A DNA stretch of 64,000 nucleotides, from the NCBI GenBank assembly GCA_013239625.1, contig MU055549.1:1054001-1118000 (forward strand). The letters are read 5' to 3'. Source of the stretch: Lama guanicoe. Lineage: Eukaryota. The notes beneath the pieces are model-generated. The model did no database searches and was not told the DNA's origin. It worked only from the letters and a program-made list of their open reading frames with translations. Numbering within the stretch: position 1 is the first letter of the stretch; every line of letters starts with the position of its first letter. The position numbers and the translations under genes were made by a program. Below, piece by piece: positions 62,981 through 64,000 of the stretch.

Positions 62981-63153
62981 TCATCGTCATCTTCATCACT
63001 ATTTTCTTCTTCTTTGTCATGTTCATCCCCGTCACCATCCTCAACATCGCCACCACCATCACCACCATCACCATCACCTCATCACCACCGTCACCATCAC
63101 CACCGTCACCTCATCACCATTATTATCACCATCACCACCATCACCATCACCAC
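62981..63153 (+). repeat. (CAC/CAT)n-like low-complexity tract
   Basis: tcatcgtcatcttcatcact...caccaccatcaccaccatcaccatcacc... Confidence 0.95.
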
Positions 63154-63194
63154 AGCTGCTGGCTGTTAGAAGCTGGCCCCTTGCCCAGCACTGC

Positions 63195-63315
63195 CTGAGC
63201 ATTTTGCCTCACTGTCTCAATTTCTTCTTTAATGACCCTCGAAGTTAGATTTTTTAACCCCTTTTTTAGAGAATAGGAAACCAGAGCAGCAGGGAAATGG
63301 CCCAGAGATGGTGCT
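63195..63315 (-). mobile_element. MIR relic (antisense)
   Basis: tctcaatttcttctttaatgaccctcgaagttagat...cccctttttagagaataggaaaccagag. Confidence 0.5.
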
Positions 63316-63480
63316 GTGTTCCACTCTCTATTGGCCCCTCACCGGTATCTCTGCCCCAGCCGAGTGCCTCCCGCCGGGACCAGCCCCTCTGTCCTTCCCG
63401 AGGGTCCTGGCTCCGGGCAGCCCCTGAGCAGAGGTGGAGTCAGCATCTTGGGCAGGACCCCGCTCTGGGGTGCCCATTGA

Positions 63481-63862
<382 letters not shown>

Positions 63863-64000
63863 CGGACCTGCCCCCAGGTGTGGCACCTGGGCCATCGGTG
63901 CCTGGTTCCCAGGCCAGCCCCCCAGCTGCACAGGTGACGTCCACCTGAGGTTGGGTCGTGTCTGAGCAGCCCCAGCTGAGGCCGGCACGGAGACGGTTGG

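Noticed and set aside
62928-63248. Poly-His / poly-Thr-Ile / hydrophobic ORFs resembling metal-binding or membrane peptides
   Set aside because: Translations of the (CAY)n low-complexity tract.

Overview
This is eutherian genomic DNA, very GC-rich and most likely camelid (a vic-1-type tRNA-derived SINE and a camelid-type L1 3' tail are present). It holds the 5' part of the STK32C (YANK3) Ser/Thr kinase gene on the + strand. Coding exon 1 starts at ATG 51 inside a CpG island, and its 3' part is hidden in an N-gap. Exon 2 is 39072-39127, exon 3 is 61474-61625 and exon 4 is 63591-63764. Splice phases are consistent and the exons encode the Gly-loop, the AMK lysine, helix C and the start of HRD; the gene continues past the window. 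The remainder is intronic: old L1, L2, MIR, MER5, MLT1, MLT2 and MER4-group ERV relics, a few younger insertions, several G-rich minisatellites and three assembly gaps. The hundreds of other six-frame ORFs look like GC-content noise. I found no convincing evidence for a new multi-gene system. The best leads are regulatory and splicing features: an 8-bp tandem duplication of the exon 3 donor whose second copy would trigger NMD, a possible in-frame upstream acceptor for exon 4, a very dense YCAY tract before exon 4, decoy-acceptor and G4 repeats before exon 2, several RFX X-boxes, and signs of GC-biased drift. Repeat family names and human comparisons come from recalled consensus and protein sequences rather than a search, and repeat boundaries are approximate.
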